Shown here in pieces: positions 9,123 through 17,741 of a stretch of 64,000 nt of DNA; the first letter of the stretch is position 1, and each line of letters begins with the position of its first letter. Source of the DNA: Candidatus Culexmicrobium cathedralense (GTDB taxonomy: Archaea > Thermoproteota > Methanomethylicia > Culexarchaeales > Culexmicrobiaceae); contig JANZKC010000003.1 of NCBI GenBank assembly GCA_025061115.1, positions 1 to 64,000 on the forward strand, written 5' to 3'. The position numbers and the translations under genes are program-made. A model generated the notes under the pieces. The model was given only the letters and a program-made list of their open reading frames with translations. It had not been told where the DNA came from and ran no database searches.

Positions 9123-9731
9123 CTAGATTTCCTTTGGCTTTATAAATTCGAATCCAAGCCTCTTCAATATTTCGGTTAGGTAGATTTGCTGTGCGCTTCT
9201 TTCAACCATGCATATTAGCCTATATGCTTGCTCTAGAGTTTGTGCGGCTGTGAATGTTCCGTGTCCTCTCACGATGACTGCGTGATGCTCTTTTAGTGCA
9301 GCTGCAACTTTCTTGGCCAGCTGCTCTGAACCTGCTCTGCCTTCAACTATTGGGACTTCCCTTAATATGTGGCTGGCTTCAGCGTCTATTGGCTTCATTT
9401 TTTCTGTGAAGAATGATATCGCTATTGCATATGGGCTGTGGGCGTGCATTACTGCTAGATTTTGAGTTTGCAAGTACACTTCTCTGTGAACTACTGTTTC
9501 GGTTGATGATATGGCATCGAAGCTTGTTACTTCATGTAAGCTTACTTCTATAACGTCTTCTGGTTTTATATCCTCTAGCGTGCAGCCATGCCTTGTTATG
9601 TATATTTTGCTTCCTGCTCTTATGCTCATGTTGCCTCCGTGGCCGGCTGCGTAGCCCTTTTCAGTTAATCTTCTTCCGTAGAGTCTAAATAGCTTATAGG
9701 CTTCTTCACGAAGCTTCACGTTTAACCACAT
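9123..9731 (-). CDS. Class II aldolase/adducin family protein (FucA/MtnB-like)
   Basis: GGNMSIR, SSTETVVH, HAHSPY, VRGHG zinc-binding pattern; true start may be GTG9719. Confidence 0.88.
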   Translation of the reverse strand: MWLNVKLREEAYKLFRLYGRRLTEKGYAAGHGGNMSIRAGSKIYITRHGCTLEDIKPEDVIEVSLHEVTSFDAISSTETVVHREVYLQTQNLAVMHAHSPYAIAISFFTEKMKPIDAEASHILREVPIVEGRAGSEQLAKKVAAALKEHHAVIVRGHGTFTAAQTLEQAYRLICMVERSAQQIYLTEILKRLGFEFIKPKEI

Positions 9732-11475
9732 CCAGTAATTCTAGCTCTTTTAATTTGTTTTCAAGTGGAACTCCGTTTGGATCCCATCCTCTAAATTCAT
9801 AGTATCGTTTAAGCATTTCTCTTAAAGGAACTTTGCCTCCCATCAAAAGTCTGGCTGGTAGGGTGTCGTCGCTGAATTTTAATCCTGCCCTTAAGTTGAA
9901 TAGGCGTTCTAAGTTCCAAATTCTCTCTCCAATTTTCAGTAATTTTCCTCTATCGAATGGCTTTCCAATTGTAGCCGTGATGATGTGGCTTATGATTTCA
10001 TCATCTAATTCTAGGGTTGCGAATTTGCAGATTATTAGAGAGTCTACTGCTGCAAGGAAGTTTTGATTTACAGCTACAAGCTCTGCTTTACCAATGGGCG
10101 TTTTCCTATCAATTAGTATTGGCACTCCAAGTACTTCCATTGCAACTATATATGACCTTAAATGGCATCCTCCTCGATTTGATGTGGCGTAAGCTAATGC
10201 CATGCCATAGAGTTCTCTTGGATCATAGGCTGGCAGTTCCAGCTTTTTAACAGTCATTGCGAGTTCATTTGCCTTAAAAGCTTTTGCTAATCTTTCAGCT
10301 CCAAGCGCCATTATTTTCCCTAAATCCTCTCGCTTAGCTATTTTTTCTATCAAATTTGTTATGGCTTCTCCATCTCCCCAGCTAATTTTCTCATTAATTA
10401 CTCCTCTTTGAGATAGTTCGATTAAGCAGGCAATCGTGCTTCCAGTGCTAATGGTGTCTAAGCCCAATTCGTCGCATAATTTGCTTGCCGAAAATACTTG
10501 CTTCAGCTCCTTTACCTGGCAGTTTACTCCTAAAGCCCATAGGCTCTCGTACTCCGGCCTATGCATTTTCACTCCGTCGACTTCAATTTTGGCTTTACAT
10601 GCTATAGGACACATTGGGCATGCTTCTCTATCCGTTACATATTCTTCAATGACTTCACCTGAGTAAATCCCTGCTTCAGTCCATGATTTTTCGCAGAAGT
10701 TTCTTGTTGGAAGAGCTTCAATGTTATCTATTATTTTGGTTAGAAATGGTGTTCCAAGCTTAGGTAGAACTTTGCCGGTTATTGGGTTGATTTTAATTCG
10801 ATCAATGGCCTTTCCGCTAAGCTTACTTAGTAGCTCTGCATTTGCAACTTCCACTTTTGAATTTCCTCTAATTGCAATTGCCTTTAGATTTTTTGATCCC
10901 ATAACTGCTCCTAATCCACCTCTACCGAAAAAGTTTCCATCTCCGGCTCTTATGCATGCGAAGTAAACTTGATTTTCGCCGGCGGGGCCAATGCATGCAA
11001 CTTCGAATTCATTTCCAAAGTCTTGCTTAATTGCTTTTATTGTCTCGCTTGTTTTCATGCCCCAATACGCATCTGCCCCTTTTACTTTAACTTCTCCACA
11101 GTCGATTATTATTACTGCTGGCTTTGAGCTTGAGCCTGAAATTATTATTGCATCGTATCCTGAAGCTTTAATTTCAGGTCCAAGTTGACCTCCTGCGTTT
11201 GAGTCGAATATTGTTCCTGTTAGTGGAGATTTGCTTACTGCAGCGCATCTACTGCTCGATGGGGTGATTGTTCCAGTTAATGGTCCAGCTGCAAATATCA
11301 GTATGTTTTCAGATGATAGTGGATTAACTTGAGGGTCTACCATACAAAAAATTAGATAAACTCCAATACCCCTTCCGCCGAGGAAGCTGAGTGCAGTTTC
11401 ATCGTTTAGCGTTCGAACTTTAGATTTTTTATTTGTTAAGTCAACTTCAAGTAGCTTGCCCATCCAACCGTACAT
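9706..11475 (-). CDS. aor: Aldehyde:ferredoxin oxidoreductase (tungsten AOR family)
   Basis: GGRGIG, SPLTG, GRGGLGAVMGSKNLKAI, CPMCPIAC, DELGLDTI, RGGCHL motifs. Confidence 0.93.
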   Translation of the reverse strand: MYGWMGKLLEVDLTNKKSKVRTLNDETALSFLGGRGIGVYLIFCMVDPQVNPLSSENILIFAAGPLTGTITPSSSRCAAVSKSPLTGTIFDSNAGGQLGPEIKASGYDAIIISGSSSKPAVIIIDCGEVKVKGADAYWGMKTSETIKAIKQDFGNEFEVACIGPAGENQVYFACIRAGDGNFFGRGGLGAVMGSKNLKAIAIRGNSKVEVANAELLSKLSGKAIDRIKINPITGKVLPKLGTPFLTKIIDNIEALPTRNFCEKSWTEAGIYSGEVIEEYVTDREACPMCPIACKAKIEVDGVKMHRPEYESLWALGVNCQVKELKQVFSASKLCDELGLDTISTGSTIACLIELSQRGVINEKISWGDGEAITNLIEKIAKREDLGKIMALGAERLAKAFKANELAMTVKKLELPAYDPRELYGMALAYATSNRGGCHLRSYIVAMEVLGVPILIDRKTPIGKAELVAVNQNFLAAVDSLIICKFATLELDDEIISHIITATIGKPFDRGKLLKIGERIWNLERLFNLRAGLKFSDDTLPARLLMGGKVPLREMLKRYYEFRGWDPNGVPLENKLKELELLDVVKREAS

Positions 11476-11543
11476 CGCGTCACCTGTTCACTATGTTTAG
11501 TGTAATTGGTGCTTAAAAGGCGCGCTCTAATTGATGGGTAAAG

Positions 11544-11771
11544 CTAAGCTTCCTCTTCGGTTACTACTCTAGCGGTCGCGTACCTGCTTCTTACTGCGGT
11601 TATAAGTATTTTTACGTGATCGCCAGGTTTTGTTCCGGGAACGAAGATTATGAATCCTTGGATTCGAGTCAATCCTTCGCCTCGCCTGCTAAGCTCGGTA
11701 ATGTCTACTTCATATGTTTGACCTACTTCAACTGGCTTTTTACCGCCAAAACTTCTCCTTCTTCCGTACAA
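11544..11771 (-). CDS. Single TRAM-domain RNA-binding protein (archaeal cold-shock-type RNA chaperone family)
   Basis: KPVEVGQTYEVDI...GEGLTRIQGFIIFVPG..PGD.V pattern; RBS AGGAGGG. Confidence 0.9.
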   Translation of the reverse strand: MYGRRRSFGGKKPVEVGQTYEVDITELSRRGEGLTRIQGFIIFVPGTKPGDHVKILITAVRSRYATARVVTEEEA

Positions 11772-11791
11772 ATCCTACCCTCCTTTAACGT

Positions 11792-11839
11792 TTTTCTAGC
11801 TCAGCTAGAAAATGTGAATTCATAGTCTAGCTAAGCTAG
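11792..11839 (-). promoter_or_regulatory. Structured 5' leader / twin-palindrome element upstream of the TRAM gene
   Basis: Two CTAGC-NNN-GCTAG palindromes 31 bp apart that also pair with each other over 14 bp; TATA-like CTTATATTA (minus strand) at 11861-11869. Confidence 0.6.
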
Positions 11840-11940
11840 CCTTCAAACATTGTCGCCGAGTAATATAAGGGTTTTGGTTTCAAGTTATTTGTCATAGGCA
11901 AAAATATTAATTTCGTTTTCACTATTTAACTGGGAAGTTT

Positions 11941-13263
11941 ATGCGCAGGAATGTGATGCTCAGCTCCAATAGGTTTTCAGTATTAATTGCTATAGCACTG
12001 CTAATTTTGACTTTCTCATTAACAGTTTACGGGCTTGCATCCGCAGCTAATGCCAAGCGAGTCTACCTTGCTGAACTTGAGATGACTATTGATCGCGGCG
12101 CTTACGAGTTCTTAAGTGATGCTCTAGCTAAGGCTGAAAGGGATGGGGCTCCATTAATATTGAGGTTAAACACTTACGGCGGCTACATGGAGAGCATGGA
12201 CCTGATAATCGACCTCATATTAAACGCAAAAGTAACTGTTGTTGCTTGGATTGGCCCTAGAGGTGCAAAAGCTACTTCAGCTGGAACATTCATAGCTATG
12301 GCGGCTCAGCGCATAGTAATGGCTGACGGAACTGTCATTGGGTCATGCCAGCCCAGGTCCATTGATCCTGCTCAGCCTGTTGACCCTAAAGTTCTCAACT
12401 ATGCTATTGCTAAAATGAGAGCTTTAGCTGAGAGGCGCTATGGCGTTAATGATAGTAGAGTTGATATTGCAGTTAAGTTTGTAACTGAAAATTTGGATTT
12501 AACTGCTAGGGAGGCTTACTCTCTTAAAATGATAGACTTTTTGGCCGACTCGGTTGAGGAGATTCTCGACGAATTAGGTTTAACAGGCGCTGAAGTGATA
12601 ACTCTCTCTCCAGGAATAACTTCTCAGATCTACTCATTTCTAAATGATCCACTAATTATTGGGCTCTTCTTTGAACTTGGCTTCTGGCTAATATTAATAG
12701 ACCTATTTACAGCGGGTATTCAGGTTTATGGTTTTGTGGGAGCAGCATTAATAGTACTCGCCCTATTTGGAATGGGAATACTGGGTGTAAGTGCAACCAT
12801 CATTGCATTGATGATCGTTGGAGCAGCTCTAGTTTTTGTCGAGCTCAAATATCCGGGAATACAAATCTTCGGCTTCGCTGGCCTAGCTATGTGGATTATA
12901 AGCATAATTCTTATGTATCGTGAGCAGCCATATATTGAAGTGACAATACCGCAATATGCGATCATAGCATCCCTCGCGGTTGGCGGGGGATTTCTCTTAT
13001 TCTACCTCCATAGACTTAGGCAAGCAATGAGGTTGAGAAAACGTATGTTTGATCCCAAAAAGCTCATCGGAATGGTTGGAACTGCAAAAACAGATATAAA
13101 GCCCGGTAAGTACGGTGTAGTTCACGCAGCATCCGACAACTGGACTGCATTTTCTGATTATGAGATAAAGGCTGGAGAAAAAGTTAAGATCATAGAAGTA
13201 GTGGGCTTGAAAATCAAAGTTGTGCCATTAAAGAAGGAAGCGTCATCAAATGCTGCTAGCTAA
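11941..13263 (+). CDS. nfeD: NfeD family membrane-bound serine protease
   Basis: LNTYGG, ATSAGTFI (catalytic Ser), TM bundle, C-terminal OB fold (LIGMVG...WTA...GEKV). Confidence 0.88.
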   Translation: MRRNVMLSSNRFSVLIAIALLILTFSLTVYGLASAANAKRVYLAELEMTIDRGAYEFLSDALAKAERDGAPLILRLNTYGGYMESMDLIIDLILNAKVTVVAWIGPRGAKATSAGTFIAMAAQRIVMADGTVIGSCQPRSIDPAQPVDPKVLNYAIAKMRALAERRYGVNDSRVDIAVKFVTENLDLTAREAYSLKMIDFLADSVEEILDELGLTGAEVITLSPGITSQIYSFLNDPLIIGLFFELGFWLILIDLFTAGIQVYGFVGAALIVLALFGMGILGVSATIIALMIVGAALVFVELKYPGIQIFGFAGLAMWIISIILMYREQPYIEVTIPQYAIIASLAVGGGFLLFYLHRLRQAMRLRKRMFDPKKLIGMVGTAKTDIKPGKYGVVHAASDNWTAFSDYEIKAGEKVKIIEVVGLKIKVVPLKKEASSNAAS

Positions 13264-13305
13264 AGCTTTATTTACATTTAGTATAAGGTTAAATGGTGAT
13301 TTTAA

Positions 13306-14313
13306 TTGCTGCTTGGAAGGTTTCCCCGCGTTAAATTAGTAACCCTACCAACACCTCTGGAATATGCCCCGAGGCTAAGTGAAGAACTTGGAGTTAAAAT
13401 TTACATGAAGCGCGACGATGCCATGGAATTGGCTTTTGGGGGAAATAAAGTTAGGAAACTTGAATTTCTATTGGCTGATGCTCTCGAGAAAGGTGCAGAC
13501 ACCATTATAACTTCGGGTGCCCTCTGCTCCAATCATGCCAGATTAACTTCTGCTGCCGCTCGGAAGCTAGGTTTAAATGTAGTGCTGATTTTGAGGAACA
13601 TTGGTCCAAAAGCAGTCAAGGGCAACCTCCTATTGGATGCCATTTTAGGTGCGGACATAAGGGTGGTTGAGGCTGATAAAAGCGAGATACCTAGAATCAT
13701 GGAGGAAACTGCTAAGGAGCTGCTTGATAACGGGAGAAAGCCATACATAATCCCCGGCGGTGGTGCAAATGCGATAGGATCCCTAGGATATTTAAATGCT
13801 TCAATTGAGCTTCTACATCAGTTAAATGAATTGAAAGTCAAGGCAGACTACCTAGTTCACTCAACTGGTTCAGGTGCAACTCAAACAGGATTAACGCTTG
13901 GATTTAAAGCTTTGAATGCAGACATCAAAGTTTTAGGAATAGCTTGTGGAGGTAGTAAGGAGTCGATTACCAACGTAGTTAAGAATCTTGCTGATGACAC
14001 ATCAAAGCTAGTTGACCTCCAGTTTTCGCTTAACTACAACGAAATAACAGTATATGACGAGTATACATGTGGAGGCTACGGCGTGATCACGAGGGATGTT
14101 GTAGATGCAGTTAAAAAGGTCGCCAAACTCGAGGGAGTGCTGCTAGATCCAGTGTACACTGGAAAAGCTATGATGGGACTTTTCGATTTAGTTGAAAAAG
14201 GAGACATACCGAAGGGGAGCACAGTCGTATTCCTTCACACCGGAGGAACGCCGCTGATATTCCAGTATGAGGATGAATTGAAGAAGTACGGCTTTAACGT
14301 CAATTTCCCCTAA
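13306..14313 (+). CDS. D-cysteine desulfhydrase / ACC deaminase family PLP enzyme
   Basis: PTPL, KRDD...GGNKVRKLE (PLP Lys), SNH, LDPVYTGKA, FLHTGG. Confidence 0.92.
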   Translation: MLLGRFPRVKLVTLPTPLEYAPRLSEELGVKIYMKRDDAMELAFGGNKVRKLEFLLADALEKGADTIITSGALCSNHARLTSAAARKLGLNVVLILRNIGPKAVKGNLLLDAILGADIRVVEADKSEIPRIMEETAKELLDNGRKPYIIPGGGANAIGSLGYLNASIELLHQLNELKVKADYLVHSTGSGATQTGLTLGFKALNADIKVLGIACGGSKESITNVVKNLADDTSKLVDLQFSLNYNEITVYDEYTCGGYGVITRDVVDAVKKVAKLEGVLLDPVYTGKAMMGLFDLVEKGDIPKGSTVVFLHTGGTPLIFQYEDELKKYGFNVNFP

Positions 14314-14341
14314 ATCCATTTTTAGCGTAGTTGAAGTGAAG

Positions 14342-14367
14342 TTATGTATAGAAATTTTTATATATAA
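14342..14367 (+). promoter_or_regulatory. Imperfect 26-bp palindrome overlapping BRE/TATA of the ArsR-led operon (candidate operator)
   Basis: TTATGTATAGAAA|TTTTTATATATAA, 11/13 complementary, includes TTTATATA; AT-rich, so chance occurrence is possible. Confidence 0.4.
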
Positions 14368-14404
14368 TATTATTTTTAATACTTCTTGTGGAGGTAGCCC
14401 TATT

Positions 14405-14722
14405 GTGGAAATTAAGAGTGAAAGGGAGCTGGTTCGATTGTTAAAAGCGCTGGCAAATCCATTGAGGTTAAGAATTTTAGCGAGCCTATGCAATGAGCCT
14501 AAAAGCATTTATACATTATCTAGAGAATTGAAAAAGCCATATCCTCTTGTTCACATTTACTTAACGAGTTTGAAGAAGCTTGGCTTAATAAGAACAGTTA
14601 GAATTGAAAAGAGAGCAGGTTCTCTACCTCCAATTCGCTATTATGTGACTGAGGATTTTCAAATTGTTATTAATCCGAAATTAATTAGGAAATTGATCAG
14701 AGAGCGTGATGAATATGAGTAA
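14405..14722 (+). CDS. ArsR/SmtB family winged-HTH regulator
   Basis: KALANPLRLRIL..L...PKSIYTLSREL pattern; start moved to GTG14405 after RBS GGAGGT at 14390. Confidence 0.85.
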   Translation: MEIKSERELVRLLKALANPLRLRILASLCNEPKSIYTLSRELKKPYPLVHIYLTSLKKLGLIRTVRIEKRAGSLPPIRYYVTEDFQIVINPKLIRKLIRERDEYE

Positions 14723-15053
14723 ATTTTCTGCATTCATGGCTTCACTAATGATTATTGCAATTGGATGTGGTGTTCCTGCAATAACAATTTACTTTACAGT
14801 CAATTATGGTTTTAATGAAATAATATCCGGCATAATATGCTTCGCGGCTATTGCTGGAGCTTTCGTGTTGGGGGTAGTTGGTTTAGAGGGAGGCCTGTTT
14901 TCAATGCCTTATGGAGATTCAAGTAAAGTTGATAGGGAGAAATTGAACATGCTTAGGGCTCATCAAAGAGCAACGCTTGAAGAGCTTGATGAAATTGCCA
15001 AGATATTAAGGGAAATTCGAGATGCACTTAAGGAGGCTCAGGAGGTGGAGTAG
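14706..15053 (+). CDS. Small 2-TM membrane protein with C-terminal coiled coil
   Basis: Two hydrophobic helices, then LEELDEIAKILREIRDALKE; overlaps the ArsR gene. Confidence 0.8.
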   Translation: MMNMSKFSAFMASLMIIAIGCGVPAITIYFTVNYGFNEIISGIICFAAIAGAFVLGVVGLEGGLFSMPYGDSSKVDREKLNMLRAHQRATLEELDEIAKILREIRDALKEAQEVE

Positions 15054-15197
15054 ATGAGCAAATTAAAGTTGAAATACAAGAGTGCAACTGATGAAGAGGT
15101 CGTTGAAGAGATGAGGAGAAGACTTAATGAAATAAAGATGCTTCTTATCGAGATTAGGGATTTGTTAAAGACTGCTGTGGGGTTGCATAGTGGCTGA
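15054..15197 (+). CDS. 47-aa coiled-coil microprotein
   Basis: Not in ORF track. ATG directly follows the upstream TAG, RBS GGAGGTGG; MSKLKLKYKSATDEEVVEEMRRRLNEIKMLLIEIRDLLKTAVGLHSG; fills the operon gap exactly. Confidence 0.8.
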   Translation: MSKLKLKYKSATDEEVVEEMRRRLNEIKMLLIEIRDLLKTAVGLHSG

Positions 15198-15969
15198 AAA
15201 ATATGATGAATATGAAAAACTGCTTAAGCGCAGTCCTAAAGTGAAAATTAGCGGTTCAGGAAGAGTTTCAGATGAGGAAGTCATCATAAGTGGTAGCGGT
15301 AAAATTCTAAGCGATATAGAGACGAAGGTGTTCAAAGTTTCGGGATCAGCTTATATTGATGGCAAGCTTGTCGCTGAATATGTTAAAATTTCTGGATCCG
15401 CATCATTTCATGATGATGTTGAGGCTAGAGAAATAGTTATTTCTGGATCCGCTTCGTTTCACGGTAAAGTTACATGCAAGTTGATGAGAGTTTCAGGTAG
15501 CTGTAAATTGCTAAGCGATTTAGATGTTTTCGACCACTTAAGATCTTCAGGTTCACTTAAAGTTGAAGGAAACATAAATTCTCACGGACTTGTTGAACTT
15601 AAAGGTGCATTTAGTATTAGAGGTACAATTACAGCTGGAAAGCTCTACGCGGATGTTAGGAGTAAGTCTGAAGTTAATGGTGGAATAAGAGCTGATGATG
15701 TTGAAATTTATGGTGGAGTTCATGAAACTGGCATCGTTCTATTTGGCATAACGATTGTAGGATTAAGACGTAAAGGTGCAAAGCTATACACTTCAGCTAT
15801 TTTTGCCAAAAATATAGTACACATAGAGGGTGTAGTTTGCAATAATGTTGAGGGTTTCATTGTTGAAATTGGCAGAGGATGCGAGATTAGGGGAAAAGTT
15901 AGGTATAGAAATAGCGTTGAAATTCACTCCGACGCGAAACTTGCTAGTCCTCCTGAAAAAATAGTGTAG
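15190..15969 (+). CDS. Polymer-forming cytoskeletal (bactofilin-like, YhbE/YhbF-type) beta-helix protein
   Basis: (I/V)SGS(G/A) repeats with 17-aa period (DNA repeat ATTTCTGGATCCGC 51 nt apart); C-terminal VEIGRGCEIRGKVRY. Confidence 0.75.
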   Translation: MAEKYDEYEKLLKRSPKVKISGSGRVSDEEVIISGSGKILSDIETKVFKVSGSAYIDGKLVAEYVKISGSASFHDDVEAREIVISGSASFHGKVTCKLMRVSGSCKLLSDLDVFDHLRSSGSLKVEGNINSHGLVELKGAFSIRGTITAGKLYADVRSKSEVNGGIRADDVEIYGGVHETGIVLFGITIVGLRRKGAKLYTSAIFAKNIVHIEGVVCNNVEGFIVEIGRGCEIRGKVRYRNSVEIHSDAKLASPPEKIV

Positions 15970-16099
15970 AGATTTACTTTTTAAGCTTCGAATTAACTGC
16001 TTTTCCTTGAAAGTACATATATAAGTTAAGTTCTGCCCTGAAAGATTATGTTTTAAATATTGACGGCTTAATTAAATGAAGTAAAATGCATGGTTTGAG

Positions 16100-16816
16100 G
16101 TGATGCAGTTGATTAAAGCTGTCTTCTTCGACTTTTGGAAAACATTATTCCAGCCAACAGTTGAAATAAATGAATATTATAGAATTAGAGTTGAGAAACT
16201 TCACGAAGTCCTATGTGAAGTTGATTCGAGTTTGTCATTAAAAGAAGTCGATGAGGCCTATTGGAGAATTCGAGGCTTATGTGATGAAGTTAGGAGTTTG
16301 GGCGTTGAAGTTCCTTTACAATTTGAAGTTAAATTGCTACTTCACAATTTAAGGCTGCACTTCTTTAATGACGATCTTATTTTTAAGCTCATTGAAGCTT
16401 ACATGCATCCATTTGTTCATTTTACTAAGCCAATGAATGATGTTAGAATGGTTTTAGAGCGAATAAGGCGTCTGGGTTTAAGGGTGGCTTTGATTTCAAA
16501 TGTGCTGAGCGGGCGGCACATTACAGCCGTGCTTGAAAAATGGGACTTAATTTCATTTTTCGACGCTTTAATTTACTCAGATGAAGTTGGTTTTAGGAAG
16601 CCTAGATTAGAAATATTCGATTATGCTTTTTCGCTATTGAATGTTAGGGCTGATGAATCTGTGATGGTCGGTGATGATGTTGAAGCTGACATCAAAGGTG
16701 CATTGAATTGTGGGATGAGGGCTATTCACGTCCATAGAGGCTGTAGCAATTATGAATTGGCCGTGAAGAGCCTACTTGAAGCTCTAAAAATAATTGAGAA
16801 GTGGGCTGCCCCCTGA
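16100..16816 (+). CDS. HAD superfamily hydrolase
   Basis: FFDFWKTL motif I, ISN, RKP, VGDDVEADIKGA. Confidence 0.88.
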   Translation: MMQLIKAVFFDFWKTLFQPTVEINEYYRIRVEKLHEVLCEVDSSLSLKEVDEAYWRIRGLCDEVRSLGVEVPLQFEVKLLLHNLRLHFFNDDLIFKLIEAYMHPFVHFTKPMNDVRMVLERIRRLGLRVALISNVLSGRHITAVLEKWDLISFFDALIYSDEVGFRKPRLEIFDYAFSLLNVRADESVMVGDDVEADIKGALNCGMRAIHVHRGCSNYELAVKSLLEALKIIEKWAAP

Positions 16817-16817
16817 A

Positions 16818-17295
16818 TTAATACTCGTAAGAAATGATTTTTTGACGAACCTGCATTTTGCTCCAACAATTGTTTTTGGGAGCGACTTTGGGATAAGGAC
16901 TTCATCGCAAAAATATGCTATCAACTTGTTTTGTAAAGACGTTCACGTCAACGTCCGGCTCAAATTTTAACTTTTTAATTGCTATAAATGAGGTGGGTTT
17001 GCCGCTTTCTTCAAGATCTTTTCTTGATATACTTAGTTCATCCACGTGCCTCAGAATTCTCACTCTTCCTTTTTCGAGTTCCTCTATGAAGGCTTTGGCA
17101 ATATCGCTGGTTGCTTTTACTATTTTCTTAGCTACTATTTCTGACCCTTTAAGTATTGCCAGGTAAAGCTTTATTGCTTCATTTGTAACTTCTCCTACTG
17201 TTTTACCCATTTCCTTGGATAAAATTAGAAGCTGCCGGTATATTTTTCGTTAAGTCCTCTAGTACTTTTGATTTTTTTACTTTTTCCTCATTCAT
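16818..17295 (-). pseudogene. Frameshifted ribbon-helix-helix-like protein gene
   Basis: RGLNEK/IYRQLLILSKEMGKTVGEVTNEAIKLYL (RHH-like) and the tail CDEVLIPKSLPKTIVGAKCRFVKK lie in frames shifted relative to ORF 16902..17210; shifts occur in A/T runs. Confidence 0.65.
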
Positions 17296-17318
17296 GGCAT
17301 TTTCCTTATGTATTGCTT

Positions 17319-17334
17319 GTATGACATGTCATAC
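17319..17334. promoter_or_regulatory. Perfect 16-bp palindrome GTATGACATGTCATAC, candidate operator
   Basis: Exact inverted repeat overlapping TATA-like TTAAGTA (minus strand), 24 bp upstream of the RHH-like gene. Confidence 0.6.
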
Positions 17335-17652
17335 TTAACCTTTTTTGAATCCCAGCGCGAATCCTCCGAGAAATGCGGCTGCAAATGGTAGATTCGCTAC
17401 AACTTGACTGACGATTGATGTACCTTCGCCTGCAAATCCTTTAATCAAACTCTCAATTTTTTGGACTAGTTGTTCGTAATTTACCTGAAGTATTCCCTGC
17501 CATTGTAAGTAGATTAATGCTAGTGTTAGAAGTCCCAGAATGAGGATTAGCAATTTCAGTAGCTTCTTAAACGCATAGCCAACTGCGAATCCAGCGATTG
17601 CGCCAAATCCAAGCTGAAAAATTATTGCGTTTAATTCGCTCATCACTTGCAC
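17335..17652 (-). CDS. FUN14 family membrane protein
   Basis: QLGFGAIAGFAVGYAFKK...GILQVNY...FLGGFALG pattern. Confidence 0.85.
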   Translation of the reverse strand: MQVMSELNAIIFQLGFGAIAGFAVGYAFKKLLKLLILILGLLTLALIYLQWQGILQVNYEQLVQKIESLIKGFAGEGTSIVSQVVANLPFAAAFLGGFALGFKKG

Positions 17653-17741
17653 CTCTCGGCTCTATAATCTATAACATGCTTTATAAATTCTCCTGGATCT
17701 GTTTATTTTGAGTGTTAAATTCACGTTTCAGTCGTTTCTGA

